From contig JBCBZJ010000001.1 of the NCBI GenBank assembly GCA_039815375.1, positions 64,001 through 128,000 of the forward strand: DNA of 64,000 bases. The letters are read 5' to 3'. Below the pieces are notes generated by a model. It was not told the origin of the DNA. It ran no database searches and worked only from the letters and a program-made list of their open reading frames with translations. The position numbers and the translations under genes were made by a program. Below are positions 10,515-21,516 of this stretch, in pieces. The first letter of the stretch is position 1; each line of letters opens with the position of its first letter. This DNA is from Verrucomicrobiota bacterium (GTDB lineage: Bacteria; Verrucomicrobiota; Verrucomicrobiia; Opitutales; Coraliomargaritaceae).

Positions 10515-10759
10515 GTTCAGCAATTGAGTTGGCCCCCAATAGGGTTTGCAAATTCATAAGGCGACCAGAGCACATGGCTGATTGCCAGCAGGCGGTCTCC
10601 ATATTTATACGCTCTCTCGGCCTTCAGTCGCCGAGCACCTCGATCATCCTATCGCATAATCAGAGTTGAGAATAACGGTATCTGTAACGCAGCGGTTGCA
10701 GTCGCACCTCCTTGGGTCACATCACGCTACAATCATGCAGCGTGGTGAGTTTCGTTTAG

Positions 10760-11494
10760 CTATTCGACTGGCTCGGCTTCAACAACACCTTGTGCGAACG
10801 GTGAGTAGGCCTTTTCGAAATTCTTTGCCATTGTATCTGGAAAGAGGTGAAATGCACCGTCCTTTAGTGATTCAACAATAGCCTCGCTGACCATATTGAC
10901 TGGGTCGCCTTCGAAGCCGATATCTACAGCCATATCTGTAGCGATAGGTCCGGGGTGGACACTCAAGAGCGCAGTGCCTTGCTCGGCCAGGCTGGCTTTC
11001 ATTCCTTGGGTGAAAGAGTAGGCTGCTGCCTTGCTCGCACAGTAGGTTGAGAAATCGGGGAAGCTCGCCAAAGAAGCTATGGAGTTGAGCTGAACGAAGG
11101 CACCCCCTCCATTCTCTTTCAAAACAGGTGAAAATGCTTTTGCCATACGAAGCAGTCCGTAAACATTGACTTCAAGTTCCTTCTCGAAGGTCTCGATTAC
11201 GTCATCTGAAAGCGCGGTAGCCTGTAGCAGAATACCTGCATTCGAGACGACCACTTGGACATCGCTTGCGTTATCGGCTGCAGCTAGGATAGAAGCTGGG
11301 TCATTATAGTCGAGAGCGATCGGGACTACTTTATCGCCGAATTCCGAGACCAACCCGTCAGCCTTTTCCAAAGACCGCACTCCCGCATAAACCTTGGCGG
11401 CACCATGTTGGATGAAAGACTCGACGATTGCTTTGCCGATTCCCCTGTTTGCACCTGAAATCAGGGCGACTTTGTTTGCAATATCATAGCTCAT
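10760..11494 (-). CDS. Short-chain dehydrogenase/reductase
   Basis: SGANRGIG, NAG, YCASK catalytic motif. Confidence 0.92.
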   Translation of the reverse strand: MSYDIANKVALISGANRGIGKAIVESFIQHGAAKVYAGVRSLEKADGLVSEFGDKVVPIALDYNDPASILAAADNASDVQVVVSNAGILLQATALSDDVIETFEKELEVNVYGLLRMAKAFSPVLKENGGGAFVQLNSIASLASFPDFSTYCASKAAAYSFTQGMKASLAEQGTALLSVHPGPIATDMAVDIGFEGDPVNMVSEAIVESLKDGAFHLFPDTMAKNFEKAYSPFAQGVVEAEPVE

Positions 11495-11553
11495 ACGAGT
11501 TATGTTTGCAAAGAATTCAGAGGCGTCAACTCGGCGCGCTGCCTCTGCTTGAA

Positions 11554-12111
11554 TTACCAGGCGCTCAGGACCTCGTCTGCGATTTTGCGGCCAATGTCAC
11601 GGGCGATTCTGGGCATCGCCTGATACTCCGACTGAGTCAGACTGCCTGTCTCAGTAATGCCACCGGGAGGCGCATACGGTTCGCCGACGTAAGCAGTGCT
11701 CCGGTCGCTGATTCGCCGATCTTTGATCAGATATTCACCGCTTCTTTGGTCGTAAAGCGAAATTTTTGTATCAAGGACAATGTCATAGTCCAGAGCAGTT
11801 TCCGTATCGTCCCGGTCGCGTGTGCCTATCTGGCGTTTGTAACTGACAATCGTCACGTAGAGAACCACATCGGCACTATCTTCCTTGGAAATAAGCTTTA
11901 TCCGACTATCGCGGAGTATTCGCTCGCGCACTGCTGAGCTAATGAGCGCTTGTGATTGAGGTGCGAAGCCGTCGTTTGCAGTAGGCTTTACGAAGATCGT
12001 TTCAAAAGGAAGATCTGTGGGATGGCCAAGCTGATAGTTCTTACAACCAGTCAGAACGGAAATGCTAAGAGCAGCTCCGAGAATGGCGATGAAATGAAAA
12101 ATTCTCAGCAT
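11554..12111 (-). CDS. lptE: LPS-assembly lipoprotein LptE family
   Basis: Lipobox LTGC, YQLG; LptE-like size; next to bamD. Confidence 0.7.
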   Translation of the reverse strand: MLRIFHFIAILGAALSISVLTGCKNYQLGHPTDLPFETIFVKPTANDGFAPQSQALISSAVRERILRDSRIKLISKEDSADVVLYVTIVSYKRQIGTRDRDDTETALDYDIVLDTKISLYDQRSGEYLIKDRRISDRSTAYVGEPYAPPGGITETGSLTQSEYQAMPRIARDIGRKIADEVLSAW

Positions 12112-12125
12112 GGAATGCTATGTTT

Positions 12126-13157
12126 CTAGTCGATGAGGAGTAGATTACGCACAAGTTGTGCTCCTGAGACAGGGCGGACACCAGCCTCAACATCTGTAAC
12201 ACGCGCACGTGCCTCGTCGGCAACTTCTGATTCGGGGGCTATCGTGATAGCTTCCTTGTAAAAGGTGAGCGCGGCTGTGTTGTTGTTGCGATAGTAATAG
12301 AAGAAGTCACCGAGGTTTAGACGGCTCTCTGCAAGTAAGTTTTGCATCGCAGCGAGATTCGCTTCCACTTCGCCCAGGTAGTTGCTTTGCGGGAAAAGGA
12401 TCATGAAATCTTCGTAATAGCTAATCGCCTGGCGCGTAGCGCCCTGATCGTAGTCTGAGCCCTGAACCAGACTGGAGTAGGTGCCGGCCATATTATAGTA
12501 GGCGTCCGGTGCCAGCATGCTCTGCGGATAATAGTTGATAAGCCGGTCAAGTGCGTCGATTGCGATTTCCGATTCATTCTGCTTTTCGGAAAGCAGCGCG
12601 ATGTTCATTAGCGCAAGAGGTGCGTAGTCGCTGTAAGGTCCGTTGCTTACAAGGATCTCAAATTGGCGAACGGCCTCTGTGTATTGCTTGAATCCGGGAA
12701 TAACCCAGAGGATACGGCCTCGAGCACCCTCCATAAGTGCAGTCGCGCACTCAAACTGTGCGCCAATCACCTGATTGTATTGCTCGAAATCCGGATTCTC
12801 GATGACGACCTCTTGCAGTGTATTGAAGGCTTTTTTCCACTTGCCCCCGGTCATCAGGATTTTGCCTAAGAGGTAGCGTGCTTCTCCTGTTGCTTCGGCA
12901 TTGCCATACTTTTTGACGATTTTTTTCAGTTGCCGTTTGGCAAGGCGCGTCTTTCCCGACTCGAGACTTACCTTGGCCGCTTCAACCGCTTTGGTCGCCT
13001 TTGCTTCATCCGCAGCACTCGCGACTTCAATGACAAGACTCTCTTCGTCTGTATCGTCGCCGAACCAGTTCAGGGGATTCAGCTCGATTTGAGCGTTCAA
13101 CCCGGATGGACTGAGCACCAGTAGGATAGTGAATAAGTATCTGGCGGAAATTTGCAT
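12126..13157 (-). CDS. bamD: Outer-membrane assembly factor BamD-like TPR protein
   Basis: TPR repeats, YDQGATRQAI..YEDF...FPQS (BamD-like); start placed at ATG 13157, just downstream of the fabH stop. Confidence 0.7.
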   Translation of the reverse strand: MQISARYLFTILLVLSPSGLNAQIELNPLNWFGDDTDEESLVIEVASAADEAKATKAVEAAKVSLESGKTRLAKRQLKKIVKKYGNAEATGEARYLLGKILMTGGKWKKAFNTLQEVVIENPDFEQYNQVIGAQFECATALMEGARGRILWVIPGFKQYTEAVRQFEILVSNGPYSDYAPLALMNIALLSEKQNESEIAIDALDRLINYYPQSMLAPDAYYNMAGTYSSLVQGSDYDQGATRQAISYYEDFMILFPQSNYLGEVEANLAAMQNLLAESRLNLGDFFYYYRNNNTAALTFYKEAITIAPESEVADEARARVTDVEAGVRPVSGAQLVRNLLLID

Positions 13158-13162
13158 AGATC

Positions 13163-14161
13163 TTAATGCCATTCCAGCAGTGATGAGGCCCACGTCAAGC
13201 CTGCCCCAAAGGCAACTAGAAGCACGATGTCACCCTGCTTGATTCTTCCGGCTCTGATTGCTTCATCAAGTGCGATACCGATCGAAGCAGCAGATGTGTT
13301 GCCGTAGCGGTCAAGGTTGTTGTGAAATTTCTCCATCGGCAGCTCCATACGTTTGGCCAGACTTTCGATAATCCGCATGTTGGCCTGGTGGGGAATGATC
13401 AAAGCAACATCTTTTGTGCTGTAACCGCATTCATCAAGAACACTCGAACAGGCTTGCTCCATCACGCGGACTGCGAGTTTAAAGACTTCTTTGCCGTTCA
13501 TCTTCAGGTAGTGCTGGCGCGCCTTCAGTGATGCCTGCGATGCTGGGATGGCCGAGCCCCCCCCGGGCTGGCAAAGCAGGTCTGGATTTGAGCCGTCCGC
13601 ACCGCCAAGAGATCCCAGGACACCGATATTAGGCTTCTCATTCAGGCCAAGCACTGCGGCACTGGCGCCATCTCCGAAAAGCACGCAAGTCGCACGATCT
13701 TCAAAATCCAAAATCGGGCTGGTTTTCTCCGCACCGATGATAAGTGCCTTCTTGTAGCCCCCTGCCTTCAACATCGCAGTAGCGATATTAAGCACATAGA
13801 CGAAACCCGAGCAAGCGGCTTGCACGTCAAAAGCTGTAACTTTACCCAAGCCCAACTTGTGCTGGACCAGGCATGAGGTTGAGGGAAAGGGCATGTCCGG
13901 GGTCATCGTTGCAACGATGATCAGATCGATTTCCGAGGCGTCGGTTCCAGCGGCTTCCAGTGCTTTTGTCGCAGCTGCAGTTGCCAGGTCGCTGGTGGCT
14001 TCGTTTTCTGCTGCGAACCGTCGTTCGCGGATGCCTGTGCGCGTGCGAATCCACTCATCCGAAGTCTCCACGATTTTTGCCATATCGTCATTCGTCACAA
14101 CTTTCTCCGGAGCATAGGCACCAGTGCCGAGAATGACGACAGATGAGTTATGGCAAGACAT
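13163..14161 (-). CDS. fabH: 3-oxoacyl-ACP synthase III
   Basis: [37 protein letters not shown]. Confidence 0.97.
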   Translation of the reverse strand: MSCHNSSVVILGTGAYAPEKVVTNDDMAKIVETSDEWIRTRTGIRERRFAAENEATSDLATAAATKALEAAGTDASEIDLIIVATMTPDMPFPSTSCLVQHKLGLGKVTAFDVQAACSGFVYVLNIATAMLKAGGYKKALIIGAEKTSPILDFEDRATCVLFGDGASAAVLGLNEKPNIGVLGSLGGADGSNPDLLCQPGGGSAIPASQASLKARQHYLKMNGKEVFKLAVRVMEQACSSVLDECGYSTKDVALIIPHQANMRIIESLAKRMELPMEKFHNNLDRYGNTSAASIGIALDEAIRAGRIKQGDIVLLVAFGAGLTWASSLLEWH

Positions 14162-14192
14162 AGGTGTAGCGATGGGGAAGGTTCAGCGCCGC

Positions 14193-15260
14193 TTATGCGG
14201 GCTCAGGAGCTTCTTTCGGTTTGATCAGTTCATTAGCTTGATTGATTTGACTGCTGATTGAGTCAATCATATCATGCTTCACAATCTCAGATGCGATTCG
14301 CATCGCATTGGCAATCGCAGTGTAATTCGCGGAACCGTGGGTCTTAAGAATGTTACCCTTTAGACCCAGCAGCGGGGCGCCGGCATATTTGTCCGGGCTC
14401 AGGCGATAGCGCATGTCGCGAAAAGCAGATTTCGAGAGTGCTGCACCGATCATTCGTTTAGGATTGCGCACCAGTTCTTCTTTCATGGTGCTTCCAATAA
14501 ATTTGTAGACTGCTTCGCTCGATTTGAGAAGGATGTTGCCGACAAAGCCATCGCAGACAATCACGTCGACGTCGCCGTCAAACACATGGAATCCCTCGAT
14601 CGGACCAGTGTAATTAATGACGCCGTCGATTTTTTGGAGTTTCGCATGGGCCTCGTTAATCAGGCTGTTTCCTTTGCCTTCCTCGGTGCCTATAGTAAGT
14701 AGGGCAACGCGCGGTTTTTTGACATTCAGTGCAGCGCGTGAATAGTTCGATCCGAGGATTGCGTTGTGGACCAGATTATCGGAGTTGGACTCTGGATTGG
14801 CACCGACATCGATGAGCACGCTGGGTTGCCGGCGCCCTGGAATGATAATGCCGAGGGCTGGTCGATCGACTCCTGCAAGTGGACGGAGCCTGAGCGTGCC
14901 ACCAGCCATTAGCGCACCGGTATTTCCGCAGCTGACCATGGCGTCGGCTTTGCCCTCTTTAACTAGAGCGATGGCCTGCACCATGGAGGAATCCTTTTTC
15001 TGCTTCAGCGCCTGAATCGGCTTTTCCTCCATACCAATGACTTGATTGGCATGATGGATTTGGATGGTACTGGGGTCAGCGCTTAGCTTGCGGACTTTTA
15101 GCAGGCGCTCCAGTAAGCGGCCTTTGCCAACAAGAGTGAAGTTGCAATTAAGCTTCAGCTCCTCAGTTGCATACAAAAGACCACGGATAAATTCCGTGGG
15201 CCCGAGGTCACCTCCCATAGCATCGACCGCGATGGTGCATTTGACCGCGCGTGCACCCAT
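14193..15260 (-). CDS. plsX: Phosphate acyltransferase PlsX
   Basis: IAVDAMGGD, GNTGALMA, DVGAN, DGFVGN..LK, GAPLLG. Confidence 0.97.
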   Translation of the reverse strand: MGARAVKCTIAVDAMGGDLGPTEFIRGLLYATEELKLNCNFTLVGKGRLLERLLKVRKLSADPSTIQIHHANQVIGMEEKPIQALKQKKDSSMVQAIALVKEGKADAMVSCGNTGALMAGGTLRLRPLAGVDRPALGIIIPGRRQPSVLIDVGANPESNSDNLVHNAILGSNYSRAALNVKKPRVALLTIGTEEGKGNSLINEAHAKLQKIDGVINYTGPIEGFHVFDGDVDVIVCDGFVGNILLKSSEAVYKFIGSTMKEELVRNPKRMIGAALSKSAFRDMRYRLSPDKYAGAPLLGLKGNILKTHGSANYTAIANAMRIASEIVKHDMIDSISSQINQANELIKPKEAPEPA

Positions 15261-15295
15261 TGGGAAGTCGTTAAAAATTCTACGGTAGCTGTATC

Positions 15296-15475
15296 CTAGA
15301 CTTCGACGTCGAGGATCTGGCGACCACGATACATTCCGTTGGTAGGGTTCACGCGATGCGGGCGAAAGAGTGTCCCGTCCTGTGAGTCCTTAGCGAGCTG
15401 CGGAAGTTGGAATTGCACTGCACCACGGCGCTTGCGGCTGCGTTGCTTGGATTGTTTGCGTTTTGGCTGTGCCAT
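15296..15475 (-). CDS. rpmF: 50S ribosomal protein L32 (59 aa; absent from the ORF track)
   Basis: Manual translation MAQPKRKQSKQRSRKRRGAVQFQLPQLAKDSQDGTLFRPHRVNPTNGMYRGRQILDVEV; canonical rpmF-plsX-fabH order. Confidence 0.95.
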   Translation of the reverse strand: MAQPKRKQSKQRSRKRRGAVQFQLPQLAKDSQDGTLFRPHRVNPTNGMYRGRQILDVEV

Positions 15476-15530
15476 GAAATATGTCTCCTGTTTAAATGTG
15501 CTGGACCTTGAAAATCGTCCAGAGTGCGCG

Positions 15531-15559
15531 GATTAAAGGGGCTTAGGATTTGCCGTCAA
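15531..15559 (-). promoter_or_regulatory. Probable sigma70 promoter of the rpmF-plsX-fabH operon
   Basis: Minus strand TTGACG, 16-17 nt spacer, then TTTAATC, about 55 nt upstream of the rpmF ATG. Confidence 0.5.
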
Positions 15560-15586
15560 GTAGCAATAAATGGAAATTAGCGCTAC

Positions 15587-16243
15587 TTAAGCGAGTTCTA
15601 AAACAGCTGTGACCAGCTTGTTGATGCCTGCCTCCGCCTCTGTTATCGACTCGGCGAGCATGTATGCTGGCGTGCTGACTACACGGTTTTCGTAGTCGAC
15701 GACAACTTCGTTCACAGGGCAGGCGACATGGACGGCGCCTTTGATTTCGAGGGCAGATGCTGTATCGGCATCGTTGCCGATCGTGAGCTGGACACCCTTG
15801 TCACCGAGTGCGCGGGCGGCGAGTACAGGAGCGATGCATATGAAACCAAGCGTTTTGCCTGCCTGATGGGAGGATTGAATAAGGTCCACAACGCCCGGAT
15901 CGACATCATAATCTGGCCCGTCGAATGCATAGCTGGAGAGGTTTTTTGCCGCGCCAAAGCCGCCGACAAAGATCAATGCATCGAATTCGTGTGCTTTGAG
16001 TGCGTCGAGCGGAGTGATGACACCACGCGAGATACGGGAAGCCTCGATCATCACATTGCGATCTTCGTCGACCATTTCTGAGCCATTCGCATGATCGATG
16101 ACATGTTTTTGTGCAATATCGGGCGCGGCGCAGGTCACATGGGCTCCTCCGCGATCCAGAGCGAGGAGGGTGAGCACGGATTCATGGATTTCGGAGCCGT
16201 CGTAGACACCACAGCCTGAAAGGATAACAGCTACATTTTTCAT
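15587..16243 (-). CDS. elbB: ElbB/ES1 family glyoxalase (DJ-1/PfpI superfamily)
   Basis: VILSGCGVYDGSEIHE, GGFGAAKNLS, ICIAP, STPAYML. Confidence 0.93.
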   Translation of the reverse strand: MKNVAVILSGCGVYDGSEIHESVLTLLALDRGGAHVTCAAPDIAQKHVIDHANGSEMVDEDRNVMIEASRISRGVITPLDALKAHEFDALIFVGGFGAAKNLSSYAFDGPDYDVDPGVVDLIQSSHQAGKTLGFICIAPVLAARALGDKGVQLTIGNDADTASALEIKGAVHVACPVNEVVVDYENRVVSTPAYMLAESITEAEAGINKLVTAVLELA

Positions 16244-16292
16244 TCTTTGGGTTGACTATAGGGAGAGTGATTTGTTTCGGCGATTACGCGAA

Positions 16293-17294
16293 TTATCGGA
16301 GGAAGGCGAACACCGCAATGGCTAGAGCGATACGATACCATGCGAAAGGTGCAAGACCGTGTTTACTAAGGAAGGAGACCAGCCACTTGACGGCGAGCAT
16401 AGCCGAAACGAAGGCGACGAGACAGCCCACGATGACGGGGCCAAAGTCGAGAGCCGTCACCATCTGCTCACCATCGCTGACCAGTTTGTAGGCCGATGCC
16501 GCGGTTAGGGTAATCAGGCCAAGCAGGAAACTGAATTCCGCTGCGCGCTTTGGGGATAGGCCGGCGAGGTAACCGCCTACAATCGTTGCCATGGATCGGC
16601 TCGTGCCAGGCCACATTGCAAGACATTGGATAAGTCCGATCATCAGCGATTTTTTTATAGAAAGCTCGTGTAGCGCGGGTCCACTTTCTGGTTCGAACAG
16701 ATCCTTATTCTTGTTTTTACGCCAGCGCTCCACGATGAGCATGACGATTGCGCCGACGATGAGCGCTCCTGCAACAGCTTGGATGTTGTCGCCCAAATAG
16801 GATTCGATTATATCGTCTAGCATGAGGCCGATGATGGCGGCAGGGATGAAGGCGGCCACTAGGTTGATCGCGAGTTTTCGTCCGCTGGCACTTTGGCCTA
16901 AAACACCGAGAATTATGTTCAGGATTGTTTGCCAATAAAGCAAAACAACTGCCGCAATTGCACCCGCCTGAATGACGATTACGTAGGCATAGGCTGCTTC
17001 GCCAATGGTGTATGGTCTGGGTAAACCTGTTTCCTCATCGGTCACGAGAATCGCGTTGCCATTGGGGTCGAGCATCGGCTTGTCGCCTTCGAGGCCGAGC
17101 ATTGCATTGGTCAGGATCAGGTGGCCGGTCGACGAGATCGGCAGATATTCGGTAATGCCCTCAACCAGACCCAGAATGACCGCATCCGTATAGCTCAGAC
17201 TTTCGCTGTGGGCGAGCTCGTCTCCCTGCGCAGCCGCCAGAATCTGGGCATTTAGCATCAGCAAGCAGAGCAGAAAGGCTTTTATCCAAGACAT
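16293..17294 (-). CDS. uppP: Undecaprenyl-diphosphate phosphatase
   Basis: GLVEGITEYLPISSTGHL, PGTSRS.ATI, AAEFSF, FAWYR. Confidence 0.95.
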   Translation of the reverse strand: MSWIKAFLLCLLMLNAQILAAAQGDELAHSESLSYTDAVILGLVEGITEYLPISSTGHLILTNAMLGLEGDKPMLDPNGNAILVTDEETGLPRPYTIGEAAYAYVIVIQAGAIAAVVLLYWQTILNIILGVLGQSASGRKLAINLVAAFIPAAIIGLMLDDIIESYLGDNIQAVAGALIVGAIVMLIVERWRKNKNKDLFEPESGPALHELSIKKSLMIGLIQCLAMWPGTSRSMATIVGGYLAGLSPKRAAEFSFLLGLITLTAASAYKLVSDGEQMVTALDFGPVIVGCLVAFVSAMLAVKWLVSFLSKHGLAPFAWYRIALAIAVFAFLR

Positions 17295-17387
17295 CGTGCT
17301 AACGTATTGCTTTGTCAGGGTATGGGAAGCCGTAAAAGTGATTTTGCTTGTCGTGTTAAAGGGAAGCCTTTGCCTAGCAGAACGTAG

Positions 17388-18446
17388 ATGGACGAACTGA
17401 AATCACTTACAGCGATTGCGGCTGATGGCTGCGAATTGAACGCAGCGCAGGCCTCGAGGGCAGCAACATTGCTGACTGAGGCTGAGTTTGGCGCAGACTC
17501 AAAGAAAGCTTTTCTCATGGCGCTTGCGGCAAAGGGCGAAACGGCTGAGGAAGTGGCGGCCTTCGCGGCAACTTTCCGCGAGATGGCCCTCGATCCTGGT
17601 GTCGAGGCTTGGGCCGATCGTGCGGTTGATGTTTGCGGAACCGGTGGCGATGGGTCCAGCACCTTTAATATTTCAACTGCAGTTTCCTTCCTTGTCGCTG
17701 CTTCGGGAGTGCCCGTTTTCAAACATGGCAATCGTTCGATTACTTCGAAGTGCGGCAGTGCTGATCTATTGGAAGCAGTTGGTATACGACTGGATGCACC
17801 GCATGAGCAACTTCGTCAGTCGCTGGAGGAGCTCAACTTCTGCTTCTTCTTTGCGCCTGCCTTCCATCCTGCATTTAAGGAGATCATGCCTGTGCGTAAG
17901 GCGCTTGCAGCAGAAAAGCAGCGCACCATTTTCAATATTCTTGGGCCTTTGATTAACCCAGGTCGCCCAGCGCACCAGCTCTTGGGAGTTTTCGGTCAAT
18001 CATGGGTTGATCCGCTCGCTTCCGCGCTCGGCTCGATTGGTTTAAAGGCAGGCCTGGTTGTGCACGGCATTCCAGAGCCGGGACGTGCGCTTGATGAACT
18101 CAGTTGTGCGGGCACCAATACAATCGCTGGTTTTGGTAAACTAGCCGGACACGAGGGTGTCTTAACTGCAAACGATGCCGGTTTGCCACCCTGCCATTTT
18201 GCAGAGCTTGCCGGTGGTGACATTGACGGCAATCTTGCGATCCTGCGGGCGCTTCTCAGTGGTGAGTCGGGTGCTGTGCCTGAAGGCTTGCGCAACACCG
18301 TCCTGCTCAATGCCGGTGCAGCTCTTTGGGCTGCTGGTGCGGCGACCGACTTGAAGGTGGGCATCCAAATTGCGGATACAACGCTTGCCGATGGCAGTGT
18401 CGCGCGCTGGCTAGAACGCGCACAACAGTTCTACAAAGAGGCTTAA
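17388..18446 (+). CDS. trpD: Anthranilate phosphoribosyltransferase
   Basis: DVCGTGGDG..TFNIST, KHGNRSITSKCGSAD, RTIFNILGPL.NP. Confidence 0.96.
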   Translation: MDELKSLTAIAADGCELNAAQASRAATLLTEAEFGADSKKAFLMALAAKGETAEEVAAFAATFREMALDPGVEAWADRAVDVCGTGGDGSSTFNISTAVSFLVAASGVPVFKHGNRSITSKCGSADLLEAVGIRLDAPHEQLRQSLEELNFCFFFAPAFHPAFKEIMPVRKALAAEKQRTIFNILGPLINPGRPAHQLLGVFGQSWVDPLASALGSIGLKAGLVVHGIPEPGRALDELSCAGTNTIAGFGKLAGHEGVLTANDAGLPPCHFAELAGGDIDGNLAILRALLSGESGAVPEGLRNTVLLNAGAALWAAGAATDLKVGIQIADTTLADGSVARWLERAQQFYKEA

Positions 18447-18451
18447 CGGAG

Positions 18452-19804
18452 ATGGCCAAATATTTCGGAACAGACGGCATTCGTGGAACTTTTGGTGATG
18501 CCTTAATCAACCCTGATTTCGCTTTTCGTCTCGGTTCTGCACTTGGGCTTTACATTGCTCATAATAAGCCGGGCCTTCCCTTGAATGCTGTGATTGGCCG
18601 CGATACCCGGATTAGTGGTCCGGCTTTGTCTGATGCCATCATTCAGGGCCTGAACCGCCGCGGTGTCTATGTGCACGATGCAGGGATTGTGCCCACGCCG
18701 GCGATCGCCCAGGCGGTGCTGGAGCAAAACGCCGACATCGGCATAGCGATTACGGCTTCGCATAATCCGGCTTCCGACAACGGCATTAAGCTTTTTGATG
18801 CCAAGGGCCTTAAGCTGGATGAATTTCGTGAGGAGGAAATCGAGGCCTTGGTAGACGCACAGCCGCAACTTTCGGAGGACTTTTCTATGCCGAAGGCCTA
18901 CAATATCGATGCGGCCGGCGCATACATTAACTACATCCGCTCGTTGATGGATCAGAATTGTCTGAGCGGCTGGAAAATTGTTTTTGATCTTGCTAACGGA
19001 GCGACTTGTGAAACGACGCCTGCGACCTTCCGGCGATGGGGGGCAGAACTCTACCTGACCGGAGATAACCCGACAGGCGAGAACATCAACGACGGCGTGG
19101 GCAGCGAGCACCCCGATGCACTGGGGCGAACCGTGCTCGAACAGCGTGCCAATATAGGAATTGCGCACGATGGAGACGGGGATCGCTTGGTCGTTTCCGA
19201 CGAAAACGGCGAAATAGTCGATGGTGATATTTTGCTTGGCCTTTTTGGAATCTACGCACTTCGCTCAGGCGCGTTGCATGCCAAAACCCTCGTGACCACC
19301 GTCCACAGCAATCTTGGTCTCGATCATGCCATTCGTGAGGCAGGCGGCCAGGTCGAGCGTGTTGATGTGGGCGACCGTAACGTTGCCCGCCGGATGCGTG
19401 AGCTTGGTTCAAACATCGGGGGGGAGTCCTCAGGCCATATTATCTTTTCTGACTTTGCCACCACAGGTGATGGCCTGCTGGCAGCGGTAAAGTTGGTCGA
19501 GCTCATCTGCGCAACCGGAAAATCGCTTTCCGAGCTGCGCAAAGAGGTCGTTCTTTTCCCGCAACAGACTATGAATTTGCGTGTTGCCGAAAAACTCTCT
19601 TTCGATGGCTTGAAGAAGCTTCCTCAGGCCATTGCCAAGGCCATGAAGGACTTCGGCGAGGATGGCCGCGTGCTCGTGCGCTACTCAGGTACCGAGCCCA
19701 AACTTCGTCTTCTCGTCGAGGGCACGGACCTCAAAGCTGTCAATCAGACGCTAAATAACCTCGAAAAAGCCGCCCGTGCCGATCTGGAAGTAATTGATAG
19801 TTGA
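18452..19804 (+). CDS. glmM: Phosphoglucosamine mutase
   Basis: KYFGTDGIRG, ASHNP, DGDGDR, GGESSGH, RYSGTEP; ATG at 18452 preceded by GGAG. Confidence 0.95.
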   Translation: MAKYFGTDGIRGTFGDALINPDFAFRLGSALGLYIAHNKPGLPLNAVIGRDTRISGPALSDAIIQGLNRRGVYVHDAGIVPTPAIAQAVLEQNADIGIAITASHNPASDNGIKLFDAKGLKLDEFREEEIEALVDAQPQLSEDFSMPKAYNIDAAGAYINYIRSLMDQNCLSGWKIVFDLANGATCETTPATFRRWGAELYLTGDNPTGENINDGVGSEHPDALGRTVLEQRANIGIAHDGDGDRLVVSDENGEIVDGDILLGLFGIYALRSGALHAKTLVTTVHSNLGLDHAIREAGGQVERVDVGDRNVARRMRELGSNIGGESSGHIIFSDFATTGDGLLAAVKLVELICATGKSLSELRKEVVLFPQQTMNLRVAEKLSFDGLKKLPQAIAKAMKDFGEDGRVLVRYSGTEPKLRLLVEGTDLKAVNQTLNNLEKAARADLEVIDS

Positions 19805-19845
19805 CCGCTAGGCCCTTTGCACGTTGCAATAGAGTGCTATTGACT

Positions 19846-21249
19846 ATGGAAGAAGTTGCCCTGAAAGACCTCGATACTCGCCTCCAAAAGCAGGTTGAGA
19901 ATGCACGCAAAGCAATTGATAAGAACCCGACCTACTCCGTCGATATTTTGACCAACATTGTTGGGCGCCATCCTGGCTGTTTGGATGCACGCAAAGTGCT
20001 GCGTCAGTCTCAGCAACGTGCCGCTTCTGGCAAGACAAAGGGGCTTGGCGGATTTATTGGCAAGATGACCAGTCTGCCTTTCGCTATGACCGGTGGTAAT
20101 CAATTAAAGAAGGATCCGGCGGCAGCTCTTGAAACTGCCGAGCAAATGCTTGGTGCGAACCCTGCCAATCCTGCAGGCCACAAGATGCTCGGTGCTGCAG
20201 CCGAGGCTCTTGAGCTCGATGAAACTGCGGCCTATGCTTTTGAAGAACTTTACAAGCTTGATCGTGCGAATTCCGAGAGTGCCAAGCTCCTGATGGCTGC
20301 CTTTATCAAAGTTGGAAAGAGTAAGGAAGCGATCGAGATTGGCGATTCCGCTTACCGCGCCAACCCAACGGACGACGAAATTCAGGCCCTGATCAAGAAG
20401 GCCTCCGTTGAACAGACGATGGAAAAAGGGAGGTGGGAAGAGGACAAAAGCTTCCGTGACAAACTCAAGGACGAGGATGAGGCGCAAAAGCTTGAGCAGG
20501 CGGCGCGCGCCAAGACTGGCGAAGTCGGCCTCCGCTCCCTCATTGAAGAATCCAAGAAAGCCGTCGAAGCAGAACCTGGTAACATTAACAACTACCGCGA
20601 CATTGCCAGCAACTACCGTAAGCTTGGCGATTACGACAGCGCCCTCGAATGGGTGGGCAAAGCTCGCGAACTTGAAGCCGGACGGGCTGACATCAATCTT
20701 GAGCGACTCGTAGGCACACTGAAGCGCGAGAAGATGCAGAAAGGAATCGAAGTTGCCGAAGCTGCCCTCGAAGCTGATCCCGAAGACGCTGCAGCCAAGG
20801 CCGAGTTTGAAAAGCTCAAGGTCGAGGAACATGCTTTCCGTCGGGATCAGGCCGAAGACCTCGTCCAGCGCTATCCAAACGAATTCAGCTATCGCTACGA
20901 GCTCGGGGAGCTCTACTTCGAAGACGGTGACACCAACAAGGCTATCGAGAACCTTCAGCTCGCTCTCCGCGCGCCCAAGGTCCGTGTCAACGCACTCATT
21001 CTACTCGGCAAATCCTACCTCAATAAGGGTTTCCACGACATGGCAGCTGAACAACTTCAGACCGCCAAGTCCGAGATCCCAGGCATGAATGAGCAGAAGA
21101 AGAAGGACGTTCTCTACCAGCTCGGCACCGCTTATGAACAACAGGGCGACATGGACAAGGCCATCGCCGAGTTTAAGTCGCTCTATGGTGCTGATATTTC
21201 CTATCGTGACGTTGCCAAAAAGATCGACGATTTCTATTCCAAAAAGTAG
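19846..21249 (+). CDS. Tetratricopeptide-repeat protein
   Basis: Multiple TPRs, C-terminal DISYRDV motif; start at ATG 19846. Confidence 0.8.
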   Translation: MEEVALKDLDTRLQKQVENARKAIDKNPTYSVDILTNIVGRHPGCLDARKVLRQSQQRAASGKTKGLGGFIGKMTSLPFAMTGGNQLKKDPAAALETAEQMLGANPANPAGHKMLGAAAEALELDETAAYAFEELYKLDRANSESAKLLMAAFIKVGKSKEAIEIGDSAYRANPTDDEIQALIKKASVEQTMEKGRWEEDKSFRDKLKDEDEAQKLEQAARAKTGEVGLRSLIEESKKAVEAEPGNINNYRDIASNYRKLGDYDSALEWVGKARELEAGRADINLERLVGTLKREKMQKGIEVAEAALEADPEDAAAKAEFEKLKVEEHAFRRDQAEDLVQRYPNEFSYRYELGELYFEDGDTNKAIENLQLALRAPKVRVNALILLGKSYLNKGFHDMAAEQLQTAKSEIPGMNEQKKKDVLYQLGTAYEQQGDMDKAIAEFKSLYGADISYRDVAKKIDDFYSKK

Positions 21250-21516
21250 ACCTAAAATCGTTCTGCCAGCGACTGGCGTGTACTGCAAAGTTTGATCCGG
21301 GTATCAACTTTCACACGGTGGTCTCTTGAAGGCTTCGGTTCCTGTGGTGCCACCTTACTGAACAGGATGTGGGTAGGATGAGAGGTTTGTGCCTGATAAA
21401 AAACGTACCCTACCCAATAGAATACTCGAAAAGTTCGTTTGTATTTTTCGAATTCAAGACCTCATCTTTTTCCTGAAGTTGCATGCTTCCGGACAAGCCA
21501 CCTGTTACCTCGTTTA

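Noticed and set aside
10515..10759. Longer intergenic gaps (also 47922-48267 and 58053-58338) as ncRNA or riboswitch
   Set aside because: No RNA family signature or convincing stable structure recognised by eye; an Infernal/Rfam scan would be needed.
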